Shown: one piece after another, positions 9,201 to 17,770 of the stretch
How positions within the stretch are numbered: position 1 is the stretch's first letter
Layout of the letters: each line of letters starts with the position of its first letter
Source of the DNA: an uncultured Bacteroidales bacterium
GTDB lineage: Bacteria > Bacteroidota > Bacteroidia > Bacteroidales > F082
Direction: 5' to 3'
DNA: 64,000 nucleotides
Assembly (NCBI GenBank): GCA_900317055.1
Contig: ONFF01000001.1
Span: forward strand, 108,259-172,258
Notes under the pieces: model-generated
What the model saw: the letters and a program-made list of their open reading frames with translations, nothing else
Database searches by the model: none
What the model was told of the DNA's origin: nothing
Translations under genes and position numbers: made by a program

Positions 9201-12200
9201 GCAACACGACCTACACTGACGGTCCTCTGCCATACAACATGGACGGTTACAACTACTATGTCACTGCCGTGTACGATGAGGGCGAATCCGCTCCTTCGAA
9301 CACTGTGAACGTTAAGGTCAGCGGCTACGGCGACGTGAACGGTCATGTCTTCGAGCAAGACGGTACCACTGGCATCGCTAACGCCACCGTTACCATGGTG
9401 GGTCAGGACGAGTTCGGTGTAAGCCACACCTACAACTTCCAGACCAATGCCCAAGGTTACTACACTGGCCACATCTATGCCGGTGCTGCCTACGACGGCC
9501 AAGCCGCTAAGGATGGCTATCAGACCGCTTACGAACCTGTCCAGGGTGAACCTATCGTGGTCAACTACAATGAGACGGCTAGCCCGTACGACTACATCCT
9601 CGACGAAAACTTCGATCCTGTCTGCACAGTCATTGCTGAGTACTATCCTGACAGCCTGGATCCCACAAGCCCGTTCGTGAAGGTTTACTGGGGCTGCGGC
9701 CTGCCTGGTGAGGAAATCGTTGAGCCTTTCGAGACCGGCGACTTCAGCATGTTCGATTGGCAGTTGGATAACAACTATCCTTGGAGCATCACCACCACCA
9801 ACCCGTACGAAGGCACCTACTGCATGAAGAGCGGTGGCGCTGGCGTTCCTAGCGTGGTGAGCAACATGACCGTGACGGTGAACATCCCCGCCGACGGTGT
9901 CATGAGCTACTTCGGAAAGATCTCCTGCGAAAGCAACTGGGACTACGGTTACTTCTACATCGACGGTGTCCAGAAGGCACAATACACTGGTGTCAGCAAC
10001 TGGGCTGAGAAGAGCTTCGACATCACCGCTGGTGACCACACCTTCATGTGGCAATACACGAAGGATGCTAGCGTCAACAGCAATGACGACTGCTTCTATG
10101 TCGACTTCATCACCTTCTACAAGAGACCCGAACCTCCGCAACCCGCTCAACCGGGCTGGCATACCTATGCCGAAGGCGACTTCAACAACGCCGTGGGTTC
10201 CAACGTCGGTACCTCACGTTGGGCTTATGAGTATCCCGTGAGCCTGCTGGGTAGCTACGCTGGCTTCAACCTGACCAAGGTCTCCTTGTTCTCCGACAAC
10301 ATGTACAGCGCTGTGGGTGGCAACTACACCTGCACCATCTACCAAGGTGGTGACGAACCTATGGCCGGTACTGCAGTGAGCACCATCACCGTTGACGTTC
10401 CTGCCAACATGAACGCTTGGGTCGACTTCGACCTGACGACTCCTGTCAGCGTGACCGGTAACGCCAAACTGTGGGTGGTTTGGACTGCCAACAGTCCTTT
10501 GAGCAGCTGGCCTGCTGGTTGCTGCGACGGTCTTGTCGAAGAAGGCACATGGTGGAGCGCCGGTGTTGAAGCCGGTTATGGTTGGGAGCACGAGACTTAT
10601 GGCACTTGGACCATGCGTCAGTACTTCACCAACCGCGAAGGCCGTGGCTTCTACAGCTATGCTAGCGACAACGCTCCTGTGGCCGTTGAGGTTCCTGAGG
10701 TTGTCAAGGGTGCTCCTGTCATGCCTGTGAAGGGTGTGGAGACTGTGACCACTACTTGCGCCAACCCGAATGCTGTTCCTGGCACTCGCGTTGTCAATCG
10801 CAATACCCGTAGCCTCGAGCACTACAGAGTGTATCGTACCAACTGCTACAACGATGGTCCTTACACCGAAGAGAACACCGCCCTCCTGGCCACCGTTTGG
10901 ATGCCTGACACCGTTTACATCGACGTTGAATGGGCTGACCTCCCGGCTGGTGTCTACAAGTGGGGCGTTGGTGCCGTGTATAGCGGTAACCGCGGTGAAG
11001 AGATCGCTGGTCCTATCCACTGGAGTGAACCTGTGAATGTCAACAACGCCACTCGCGAGGCCTTCAACTATGGCTTCGAAGGCGGTCTTGAAGGCTGGAC
11101 AGTCATTGATGTGAATGCTGGCGAAGGCACTTGGGTTCACAGTGACAACAATCCTGGTGGTTACGATTACAGCACTCACGCTCACGGTGGCACTGGCTTC
11201 GCCATGTGTTACTCTTTCGTGGATTATGTAGGTTCGTACGATACCGACAGCTATCTCGTTTCTCCTCAAAAGTATAGCATTGCCGATGGTTCTAACATGA
11301 CCTTCTGGGCTGACAATGCCAACGACAGCTATCCTGAGACCTTCTCGGTTTGCGTTGCTACTGCTGCTAACCCGACTGCTGCTGACTTCACTGCCATTTG
11401 GAGCGGTGCTGCCAAGGGCAATCGTAATGAGGGAGCTACTGTCCGTCGTGATATCAACCGTTACGACAACTGGCGCAGCCATACCATTGACCTGAGCGCT
11501 TATGCTGGTCAGGAAGTTTGGATTGCCTTCCACGATGTGAACTACGATGCATACGAGGTTTGGATCGACGATGTTACCATCAATGCTGGTGGCGGCAGCG
11601 GTCCTGTTCCTCCGACTCCTCCGACTCCTGGCACTGGTGGCCTGCAACTGCCTCGCGAGAGCGAGATCGTGTGGTCTAACTGCCTCGACAAGGACATGTG
11701 GCTTGGTGAAAACGATGTTGACATCAATGTGTTGCTCAACAGCGCCGATAGCCCAGAGGGCATTGAAGTGAGCTTCGTCAACCTCAATGAGGCCGAACAG
11801 GAACTCTATCCTATCGACAACATCGTTCTCGATGAGACTGGCTTCTACGCTTGGGATACCTTCCGTAAGGGTGACTACCAGCTGACCATTACTCGTGACG
11901 GCTACGAGACCATCACTGAGAATGTGAGCATCTGGGAACCCACGAGCATGCGTTATGTGATGATCGAAATCATCTACGGTGTGAGCGACCTCTATGTGTC
12001 ACGCACTGGTTGGGCTATGTGGGAAGGCCACGGCGACCCGCTGAACCCGACTCCTGGTCCTGGCCCAGGTCCTGGCCCACAACCCGGTGGCTCAAGCTTC
12101 GAGTTTGGATTTGAAGACGGCTTTGAAGGCTGGACCACCATCGACAACGATGGCGACGGCCTCAACTGGGTCAATAGCGTCAATAGCATTAACGCTTCTG

Positions 12201-15200
12201 GCTATGACTACACTGGTCTGGCTCATGGTGGCAATTACTTCGTCTATTCACAGTCTTACATCGACTATGATGGCGCCTATGATGCCGACAACTATCTGGT
12301 TTCACCTCAGAAGTATTCGATTGGCAGTGGTTCGACCCTGTCCTTCTGGGCTGACAACGCCAACGACAGCTATCCTGATCATTTCGCCATTGCTATTTCT
12401 ACTGCCGACACTCCGTCCGCTTCCAGCTTCACTGACATTTGGAGCCACAGCGGTGCCAAGTCAGGCGAGAAGGTCTCTGTCCGTAATACGAATGGCCGTT
12501 ATGAGAACTGGCGTTCGCACTCTGTTGACCTGAGCGCCTACGCTGGCCAGGATGTGTGGATTGCCTTCCACCATCAGGATTATGACGAGTATGAGATCTG
12601 GATTGATGATGTTACCTTGACCTCTGGTGCCAAGAGCAACGACCGTCACCTCGAATATTATAAGGTGATGTGCGAGAGCATCGACCACGAGCCAATCTTC
12701 AATGTCAATACTCCTTACAACTTCTGCCAAGTTGCCACCGACGAACTCGAAGAAGGCCAACTCTACATTTGCAAGGTCGCTGCTGTCTACAGCACTGGCA
12801 TGAGCGATTATGCAGAATGCATTTGGGAATATGAAAGCTGCGAAAACTACGCTGGCACCGTCAATGGTCTCACCGTGAACGGCACGACCGTCACTTGGGA
12901 TTATCCTGGCACTCCTGGTCCTGGCCCACAACCTGGTCCTGGCGACAGCTTCAGCGTGAACTTCGACGACGGTCAGATTCCTGCTGGTTGGACCATGATT
13001 GATGCCAACAACGACAATTACAACTGGGTGCTTGGCTCGCAAATCGGTGGTATCTACCTCGTTTCTGGAGCTAGCCTCGAAGGTTCGGGTCACAATTCAT
13101 CAACTGACCTGATCTGCTCTGGCTCATACAGCAACGCTACCAACCAAGCCATTACTCCTGACAACTACCTTGTTTCACCTCAGGTGAACCTTGCTGCTGG
13201 TAGCACCTTCAGTTTCTGGGCTTGCGCTCAAGATGCTGGCTATGCTGCTGAGCACTTTGGCGTGTTCATTTCCGACAACGGAACGAGCGACTGGACGATG
13301 GTCCAAGAATGGACGATGACCGCCAAGAGCGGTGGTGCGATGAGCATTGGCCGTGGTGGTCAAACCCGCGCTCAAGGCAACTGGTACAACTACAGTGTTG
13401 ACCTGAGTGCCTTCGCTGGACAGAAGTACATCGCTATCCGTCACTTCAACTGCAACGACCAGTTCATCCTGGATGTTGACGACATCGAACTGACTTCTGG
13501 TGCCAAGAGCAGCCGTAACGCTTGGGATCTGATGATGACCTTCAATGCTCCCGAAGGCGGCCACTACGGTGTGGTTTATGACGGCAACAACTTCTATACC
13601 TCCAACTGGGGCTATAGCAGTGCCGCCCATAACTTCTACAAGTATGACCAGCAAGGCAACATGATCGAAGGCTTCGAAATTCCTGGCTGCGGTACCCTCC
13701 GTGGCATGACCTTCGACGGTCAATACATCTATGGTGTTGCCAACTCCAACACAGTGTACTGCGTTGATATGGCCAGCCATAGCGTGGTCAGCACATTCAC
13801 CAGCGCCTACGGTGCCATGCGTGGCATCACCTACGATCCCGTCCGCGACGGCTTCTGGGTAATCGGCAACTGGGCAGGCAACCTGACACTCATCGACCGC
13901 ACTGGCGCTATCGTCCAGACCGGTCCGGAGCCTGAGAGCGCTTCCGACCTTGCCTACTACAAGGACGAGAATGATGTTGAGCACGTGTTCTGCTTCGACA
14001 ATCTTGACAATGGAGTCTATGACTACAACATCACGACCAATTCACTTGGTGGCTCGGTGTTCAACTTCTCCAATGTTCCTGGTTTCGATGGCGGTTCCTC
14101 TGGCGGTTGCCATGTCGGCAGCTTCAATGGTAAGATCGCCTTCATTGGTGACATCCAGCAGAGCCCGAACCTCATCGGTGTCTATGAACTGAGAGACGAC
14201 AACGGTGGCCCGACCCCGCCTCCTACACCTACTGGCGACATCCTTGGTGCCATGGTGTTCCTGAATGGCGAATGGGAAGCCTTCGTTGCTGCTCCGACCA
14301 ACAGCTACGAATTCCCGAGCGCTGGTGAATACTGCGTCCGTATTGTTTACAACGGTACTAACGAACTCCCGAGCAACAACTTCTTCTATGCCATGAGCTG
14401 CGAAGAGTGTGAAGGTGATGTTCCACCTACCTGCGAACCTGGCGATCCTATCCATGCCGAGGTCCTCGGTGCCACCGACCAAGTGAGAATTTGGTGGGGT
14501 GTCGAACCTGCTGCTCCGATTGAGGAATGGCTGTACTACGACGATGGTGAGATGGCTGGTGCTCTTGGCGCTGGTGGTGCTATCTATTGGGCCATTATGT
14601 TCCCAGCATCATCTCTCCAAGCTTATGCTGGTACAAGCCTGACTCAGGTTGCCGTAATGGAATATGACAGTCCTGGTAACTACACCGCCAACATCTACCT
14701 TGGTGGTACTTCGGCTCCTGCAACCTTAGTCTCCACACAGGAATTCAGCGCGACTGGCACTGTTGACTGGAAGTATGTCACCCTCGATACACCTGTTGCC
14801 ATTGACGGCACACAGAACCTGTGGATCACGATGTATCAGGCTGGTATCACCTATCCTGCCACAGCTTGCGTCAACACGGGTGATCCTAACGGACGTTGGG
14901 TCTCTACCAATGGTACTCAGTGGATCGATGTCACCACTGCTGGTGATTTCAACTACACTTGGTTAATCCGCGGCTTCGTGACCAACCAGGCTAAGGGTGG
15001 TCAAAACACCGAACTGCCTGAGTTCCATGGTGAAGTTGGTGGCGAACTGAGCAGCGTCCAGGTCACTCCTGTGGCTCCTGCCTTCGCTCCGATGAACCGT
15101 GCCAACATTGTGAAGTACAATGTGTATCGTTCTAACGAAGCCACTGGCAACTATGTCCAAATCGGTGAAGTTGCTGAGGCTGGTCAGACGCTGTACGAGT

Positions 15201-15577
15201 ACTTCGACACGCCGGATGTCGCTGGTATGTACTACTACCAGGTGACCGCCGTGTATGACGATGGTTGCGAATCTGCTCCTGCTTTGGCTGCTGACGACCC
15301 GACTCACAACTATGTGAGCGCCAGCGTCGACGCCATTGGCGAGAACAGCGACAATGTTGCCCTCTATCCTAACCCGACTAAGGGCAATGTGACGATCGAG
15401 GCCAACGGTATGAGCCGCATCACTGTGGTGAGCGTCCTCGGCCAGGTGGTCTACGACACCGAACTCAATGCCGATGTCTACACCTTGAACATGAGCCAGT
15501 TCAACGCTGGTATGTACATGGTGCGCATCCACACTGAAAACGGTGTGATCGTCAAGCGCGTCACTGTCATGCAATAA
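6224..15577 (+). CDS. giant secreted multidomain adhesin-like protein, T9SS type-A cargo (3117 aa)
   Basis: Signal peptide MKKKVFSLMMMLLLAVTGFVRA. Repeated modules include three cleaved-adhesin-like modules at nt 11063-11586, 12098-12626 and 12950-13500, plus FN3-like modules and a MAM-like module. PT/PG-rich hinges join them. The C-terminal sorting domain is VALYPNPTKGN...GMYMVRIHTENGVIVKRVTVMQ. Confidence 0.95.
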   Translation: MKKKVFSLMMMLLLAVTGFVRADELTVNDGTTTNGYVPVYGYYADAYLKCEYIVPAAALADMTGSDINGMTYYLSSPAAASWGVANFQVFIKEVAETSIDAYQGMDGATIVYEGALDGTQPQMGITFTTPYHYNGGNLFVGIYNTVKGTYKTCQFYGETVSGASVQGYSYSSLDAVDCNQRDFLPKTTFTYGAGGGSVAELHVKYMDGNVEVIDRLDLGVRPAGAWMEPFDFVMYAEGGAYTVNVLDFTPSDNLFTVSGEELPFQVASDEDVALNMITNGTEAGVIDRQFVAITEGDRAAHVWPLTVELYAPVVPDVWELACEEATSFPFVEVPANAHQTVLHNDYTLPFPEIEEGVDAVYKLVFTEDQMLNASVTYGENGKVALYAADFNGEGGPMATNYYTGLSAAGGGSAAAPFEAQIGDGTSTTGYMPFYCFYNYSISQQLFLAAELEEAGVTRAPMTSLSWYCTATNGNLQSNITIWMANVEETAIGGNSIMTGGMTKVYTGNMTPTVGWDEFVFNEGTFAWDGHSNILISVQRNNGAWASGISWQCGTQSFTASGYSYNDSQGAYNMETNSYVFGTSGSSYGGTTTTRSNTMFKGGNRYATRRNVVPTACVNPDVITNVEPARDGWLAYDNGEYATSIGNTTAYDWTWATMYPASMLGNNNTLTKVAIFNTSYNVDDITIDIYQGGTTEPGTLIASKTVTPVEGLQEVTLNSPVTINPSQNLWIVLSEYGTYVLTACNTTQPNNQWVENDGWYNIGDLAATLADYGWMIRAYVTNSAPTPPTPPTPTPGEVSYTAGPVIEGLPVTPGTYYLVASSTTPNFEVTINAENMPCPTVEEFAFAPQPADNEDEVEPASVTLRWMIPEYATAWRLVFGSTYHPEEGHPQTIITDWSNDMANSYTVRNLWNNTNYFWRVEFKNDGCPEGVSSPVWGFTTHLNVPQGLTVVDETVFNDEQIVLNWNAVVDRTYRMYNVYRDGELIGHTNVNNIGNTTYTDGPLPYNMDGYNYYVTAVYDEGESAPSNTVNVKVSGYGDVNGHVFEQDGTTGIANATVTMVGQDEFGVSHTYNFQTNAQGYYTGHIYAGAAYDGQAAKDGYQTAYEPVQGEPIVVNYNETASPYDYILDENFDPVCTVIAEYYPDSLDPTSPFVKVYWGCGLPGEEIVEPFETGDFSMFDWQLDNNYPWSITTTNPYEGTYCMKSGGAGVPSVVSNMTVTVNIPADGVMSYFGKISCESNWDYGYFYIDGVQKAQYTGVSNWAEKSFDITAGDHTFMWQYTKDASVNSNDDCFYVDFITFYKRPEPPQPAQPGWHTYAEGDFNNAVGSNVGTSRWAYEYPVSLLGSYAGFNLTKVSLFSDNMYSAVGGNYTCTIYQGGDEPMAGTAVSTITVDVPANMNAWVDFDLTTPVSVTGNAKLWVVWTANSPLSSWPAGCCDGLVEEGTWWSAGVEAGYGWEHETYGTWTMRQYFTNREGRGFYSYASDNAPVAVEVPEVVKGAPVMPVKGVETVTTTCANPNAVPGTRVVNRNTRSLEHYRVYRTNCYNDGPYTEENTALLATVWMPDTVYIDVEWADLPAGVYKWGVGAVYSGNRGEEIAGPIHWSEPVNVNNATREAFNYGFEGGLEGWTVIDVNAGEGTWVHSDNNPGGYDYSTHAHGGTGFAMCYSFVDYVGSYDTDSYLVSPQKYSIADGSNMTFWADNANDSYPETFSVCVATAANPTAADFTAIWSGAAKGNRNEGATVRRDINRYDNWRSHTIDLSAYAGQEVWIAFHDVNYDAYEVWIDDVTINAGGGSGPVPPTPPTPGTGGLQLPRESEIVWSNCLDKDMWLGENDVDINVLLNSADSPEGIEVSFVNLNEAEQELYPIDNIVLDETGFYAWDTFRKGDYQLTITRDGYETITENVSIWEPTSMRYVMIEIIYGVSDLYVSRTGWAMWEGHGDPLNPTPGPGPGPGPQPGGSSFEFGFEDGFEGWTTIDNDGDGLNWVNSVNSINASGYDYTGLAHGGNYFVYSQSYIDYDGAYDADNYLVSPQKYSIGSGSTLSFWADNANDSYPDHFAIAISTADTPSASSFTDIWSHSGAKSGEKVSVRNTNGRYENWRSHSVDLSAYAGQDVWIAFHHQDYDEYEIWIDDVTLTSGAKSNDRHLEYYKVMCESIDHEPIFNVNTPYNFCQVATDELEEGQLYICKVAAVYSTGMSDYAECIWEYESCENYAGTVNGLTVNGTTVTWDYPGTPGPGPQPGPGDSFSVNFDDGQIPAGWTMIDANNDNYNWVLGSQIGGIYLVSGASLEGSGHNSSTDLICSGSYSNATNQAITPDNYLVSPQVNLAAGSTFSFWACAQDAGYAAEHFGVFISDNGTSDWTMVQEWTMTAKSGGAMSIGRGGQTRAQGNWYNYSVDLSAFAGQKYIAIRHFNCNDQFILDVDDIELTSGAKSSRNAWDLMMTFNAPEGGHYGVVYDGNNFYTSNWGYSSAAHNFYKYDQQGNMIEGFEIPGCGTLRGMTFDGQYIYGVANSNTVYCVDMASHSVVSTFTSAYGAMRGITYDPVRDGFWVIGNWAGNLTLIDRTGAIVQTGPEPESASDLAYYKDENDVEHVFCFDNLDNGVYDYNITTNSLGGSVFNFSNVPGFDGGSSGGCHVGSFNGKIAFIGDIQQSPNLIGVYELRDDNGGPTPPPTPTGDILGAMVFLNGEWEAFVAAPTNSYEFPSAGEYCVRIVYNGTNELPSNNFFYAMSCEECEGDVPPTCEPGDPIHAEVLGATDQVRIWWGVEPAAPIEEWLYYDDGEMAGALGAGGAIYWAIMFPASSLQAYAGTSLTQVAVMEYDSPGNYTANIYLGGTSAPATLVSTQEFSATGTVDWKYVTLDTPVAIDGTQNLWITMYQAGITYPATACVNTGDPNGRWVSTNGTQWIDVTTAGDFNYTWLIRGFVTNQAKGGQNTELPEFHGEVGGELSSVQVTPVAPAFAPMNRANIVKYNVYRSNEATGNYVQIGEVAEAGQTLYEYFDTPDVAGMYYYQVTAVYDDGCESAPALAADDPTHNYVSASVDAIGENSDNVALYPNPTKGNVTIEANGMSRITVVSVLGQVVYDTELNADVYTLNMSQFNAGMYMVRIHTENGVIVKRVTVMQ

Positions 15578-15609
15578 ATGACATTGCGGAATTGATTTCC
15601 GCGAAATTT

Positions 15610-15642
15610 GGGCGGCATCCTTTTGGGTGCCGCCCTTTTTTA
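15610..15642 (+). terminator. rho-independent terminator of the giant gene
   Basis: gggcggca-tccttttgg-tgccgccc followed by tttttta, 33 nt after the stop codon. Confidence 0.8.
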
Positions 15643-15643
15643 T

Positions 15644-15651
15644 TATTTTTG
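15644..15651 (+). promoter_or_regulatory. -7 box TATTTTTG upstream of sufE
   Basis: Matches TAnnTTTG and lies 20 nt before the ATG at 15671. Confidence 0.5.
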
Positions 15652-15670
15652 CGCCCACAAAATACAGGAT

Positions 15671-16099
15671 ATGACTATAAAGGAAATACAAGATAGCATC
15701 GTAGAGGATTTCTCCATGTTCGACGACTGGATGGACCGCTATGCCATGCTGATAGAGATGGGGAAGGAATGCCCCATCATCGACGATAAATACCGCGACG
15801 AGGCGCACTTGATTAATGGATGCCAGAGCCGCGTGTGGCTCAATGCCGAGCTGAAGGACGGCAAAGTGTATTACAGCGCCGACAGCGACGCGGTTATCAC
15901 CAAGGGCATCGTCAACCTTTTAATTAAGGTGTTTTCGGGTCAGACACCCGAGGACATCCTTGCTGCCGACCTCTCGTTTTTGGACGAAATCGGGTTGAAA
16001 GAGCATTTGTCACCCACACGTTCCAACGGCCTCTTGGCCATGCTGAAACAAATGCTGCTTTATGCAGAGGCATTTAAATTGAAGGAGGGACAATCATGA
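15671..16099 (+). CDS. sufE: SufE-family sulfur acceptor protein
   Basis: DDWMDRYAMLIEMG and INGCQSRVWL signature. The ORF-track start at 15608 falls inside the upstream terminator, so the first ATG at 15671 is preferred. Confidence 0.85.
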   Translation: MTIKEIQDSIVEDFSMFDDWMDRYAMLIEMGKECPIIDDKYRDEAHLINGCQSRVWLNAELKDGKVYYSADSDAVITKGIVNLLIKVFSGQTPEDILAADLSFLDEIGLKEHLSPTRSNGLLAMLKQMLLYAEAFKLKEGQS

Positions 16100-16455
16100 C
16101 ACAGGAAGAAATCAACACCTTGAAAGAGACCATCATTTCGGTCTTGAAGACCATCTATGACCCAGAAATTCCTGTCGACATCTGGACACTGCACCTGATT
16201 TATGGCATCGAAGTGGATGAAGAAGGCAATGTGAAGATTGTAATGACGGTGACGGCACCCAACTGTCCCGTGGCAGAGACCTTACCTGCCGAGGTGCGTA
16301 ACCGCGTGCAAGCCATCATGGGCGTGAAAAAAGTCGATGTGGAACTCACTTTCGACCCCGTTTGGAGCATCGACATGCTCTCCGACGAAGCCAAGGCTGA
16401 TTTGGGTTTGGATGGGGATTTCGGCAGCTTTACTGCGGCAGACTTCCTGTATTGA
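16096..16455 (+). CDS. DUF59/MIP18-family Fe-S cluster assembly protein (SufT-like)
   Basis: IYDPEIPVDIWTLHLIY and VTAPNCPVAE motifs. There is an ATGA start/stop overlap with sufE. Confidence 0.8.
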   Translation: MTQEEINTLKETIISVLKTIYDPEIPVDIWTLHLIYGIEVDEEGNVKIVMTVTAPNCPVAETLPAEVRNRVQAIMGVKKVDVELTFDPVWSIDMLSDEAKADLGLDGDFGSFTAADFLY

Positions 16456-16531
16456 AAAATCCTGTCTCTCATGTCATTCCAGCAGAGGTTTGTGCGCTGC
16501 GGGAATCTGTGAGGGACAGGATTTTTCTTTT
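16454..16531 (+). terminator. long hairpin terminator
   Basis: gaaaaatcctgtctctca (16454-16471) pairs with tgagggacaggatttttc (16510-16527) and is followed by a T-rich run. An inner stem attccagcag/ctgcgggaat is also present. Confidence 0.6.
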
Positions 16532-16607
16532 GATGGTTTTTTTAGAAGCCATAGATCCCATGCTTGCCCACTAGCCAGCGTGGGGATGACATGCCTTCTA
16601 AAACCTG

Positions 16608-17492
16608 CTAGAGATTCTCATAATTTTCCAACAAATCTTTCGCCATTCCTAAGAACATAAACGCCACGGCGTTAAAGTCCATGTTGAGGTCCTTGCTGAG
16701 GCCAACGCGGTCCTTGAAAATGGCCACATTGAACCATTGCAGGCACTGGAAGGCACGGTGGAAATAAAGGCGTTGCAACTCTTCCTTGGTAGGTTTGTGG
16801 CCAACATAGGCTTCCAATAGCGACAAAGCCTTGTCGAAGCCTACATTGCCGTAACAGGCGATGTCATAGAAGGGATCGTTCATGCCGGCAAACTCCCAGT
16901 CGAGCACATAGAGCTTGTCGCCGCTGATAACGAGGTTAGTGGGCTGATAGTCGCAGTGGCAGGGCACCTTGGGCACATTGACTTGCGAGGCGCGGATGGC
17001 GTCGAGCTTCTTGCGAAGGTCGAGGTATTCCTGCGGGAAGACATAGCCCGTTTCAAGGCAGTAGTTCTGGTCGGCATCGAGGCGGCCAAAGGCATTGTAA
17101 TCCTTGAACTTCATGTCGCTGTTATGGATTTTCTTCAGCGCCTTCACCGACATTTCGTTGTAGGAAACCACATCGGTGGTGCTCATGATGGTGCCTTCCA
17201 CATACTCAGCCAGTTTTTCACCGGAGCGAATCTCGACATATTCCGTGATGTTGTTCAATCCCAGTCGGTTAACCTCTTGGATGTTGGCCCATTCCTCTTC
17301 ACGGTCAACGAACTTTTCGGCAAACTTGCCAGGCACGCGGTAGGTGTATTTCTTGCCTTGGCATTCAACGACGTAGGTGTAGTTGCTCATGCCGCCTTCG
17401 AGGCGCTTGATGATGCGGGCCCCTGAGCCTGTCGAAGGGTGGGCATGAAGTAGTGCATTTACTCTAAAAATGATGTAGTCTTCAATAGTCAT
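16608..17492 (-). CDS. choline/ethanolamine kinase family phosphotransferase (LicA-like)
   Basis: Brenner-type motif HCDYQPTNLV and LDWEFAGMNDPFYDIA; 294 aa. Confidence 0.75.
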   Translation of the reverse strand: MTIEDYIIFRVNALLHAHPSTGSGARIIKRLEGGMSNYTYVVECQGKKYTYRVPGKFAEKFVDREEEWANIQEVNRLGLNNITEYVEIRSGEKLAEYVEGTIMSTTDVVSYNEMSVKALKKIHNSDMKFKDYNAFGRLDADQNYCLETGYVFPQEYLDLRKKLDAIRASQVNVPKVPCHCDYQPTNLVISGDKLYVLDWEFAGMNDPFYDIACYGNVGFDKALSLLEAYVGHKPTKEELQRLYFHRAFQCLQWFNVAIFKDRVGLSKDLNMDFNAVAFMFLGMAKDLLENYENL

Positions 17493-17536
17493 AGTAGTAT
17501 ATTTTTAAATGGATTATTGTCATTTGATTTGGTCGG

Positions 17537-17544
17537 CAAAGATA
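17537..17544 (-). promoter_or_regulatory. -7 box (TATCTTTG on minus strand) for the kinase gene
   Basis: caaagata lies 45 nt upstream of the start codon at 17492. Confidence 0.45.
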
Positions 17545-17638
17545 CATTTTATTTGCATTGTAATGAAGTATCGGGTGCGTCTTTTTGTTGAATTGTAATA
17601 AATTTCAACGGGAAATACCTTGATAAGCGATTTTGTTG

Positions 17639-17646
17639 TATTTTTG
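17639..17646 (+). promoter_or_regulatory. -7 box TATTTTTG for tRNA-Ala(CGC)
   Basis: Lies 11 nt upstream of the tRNA 5' end, within the shared 19-mer GTTGTATTTTTGCAGCCGC. Confidence 0.6.
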
Positions 17647-17656
17647 CAGCCGCTAC

Positions 17657-17729
17657 GGGGATTTAGTTCATCTGGTAGAACGTCAGGTTCGCAATCTGAA
17701 GGTGGCCGGTTCGAGTCCGGTAATCTCCA
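17657..17729 (+). tRNA. tRNA-Ala (anticodon CGC)
   Basis: GGGGATTTAGTTCATCTGGTAGAACGTCAGGTTCGCAATCTGAAGGTGGCCGGTTCGAGTCCGGTAATCTCCA. G3:U70 pair, anticodon loop TTCGCAA, T-arm GGTTCGAGTCC. Confidence 0.9.
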
Positions 17730-17740
17730 CAGAATCAATA

Positions 17741-17767
17741 AGAAAGCCGCTGAAAAAGCGGCTTTCT
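17741..17767. terminator. bidirectional terminator
   Basis: agaaagccgc-tgaaaaa-gcggctttct. It lies between the tRNA 3' end and the stop of the convergent DUF389 gene. Confidence 0.65.
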
Positions 17768-17770
17768 TCG

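Noticed and set aside
6713-11647. Three very long antisense ORFs (526, 492 and 477 aa) inside the giant adhesin gene, plus others at 12461-13984.
   Set aside because: They lie opposite a gene with clear domain repeats, a signal peptide and a CTD. Their translations are low-complexity (G/V/A/T/H/R-rich) with no motifs. Long antisense frames are expected when the sense strand rarely uses TTA/CTA/TCA codons.
16608-17492. Orphan LicA-like choline kinase as evidence for a phosphocholine decoration locus.
   Set aside because: No licB, licC or licD-like genes are in the window. The kinase family is broad (choline, ethanolamine, aminoglycoside), so the inference would be unsupported.
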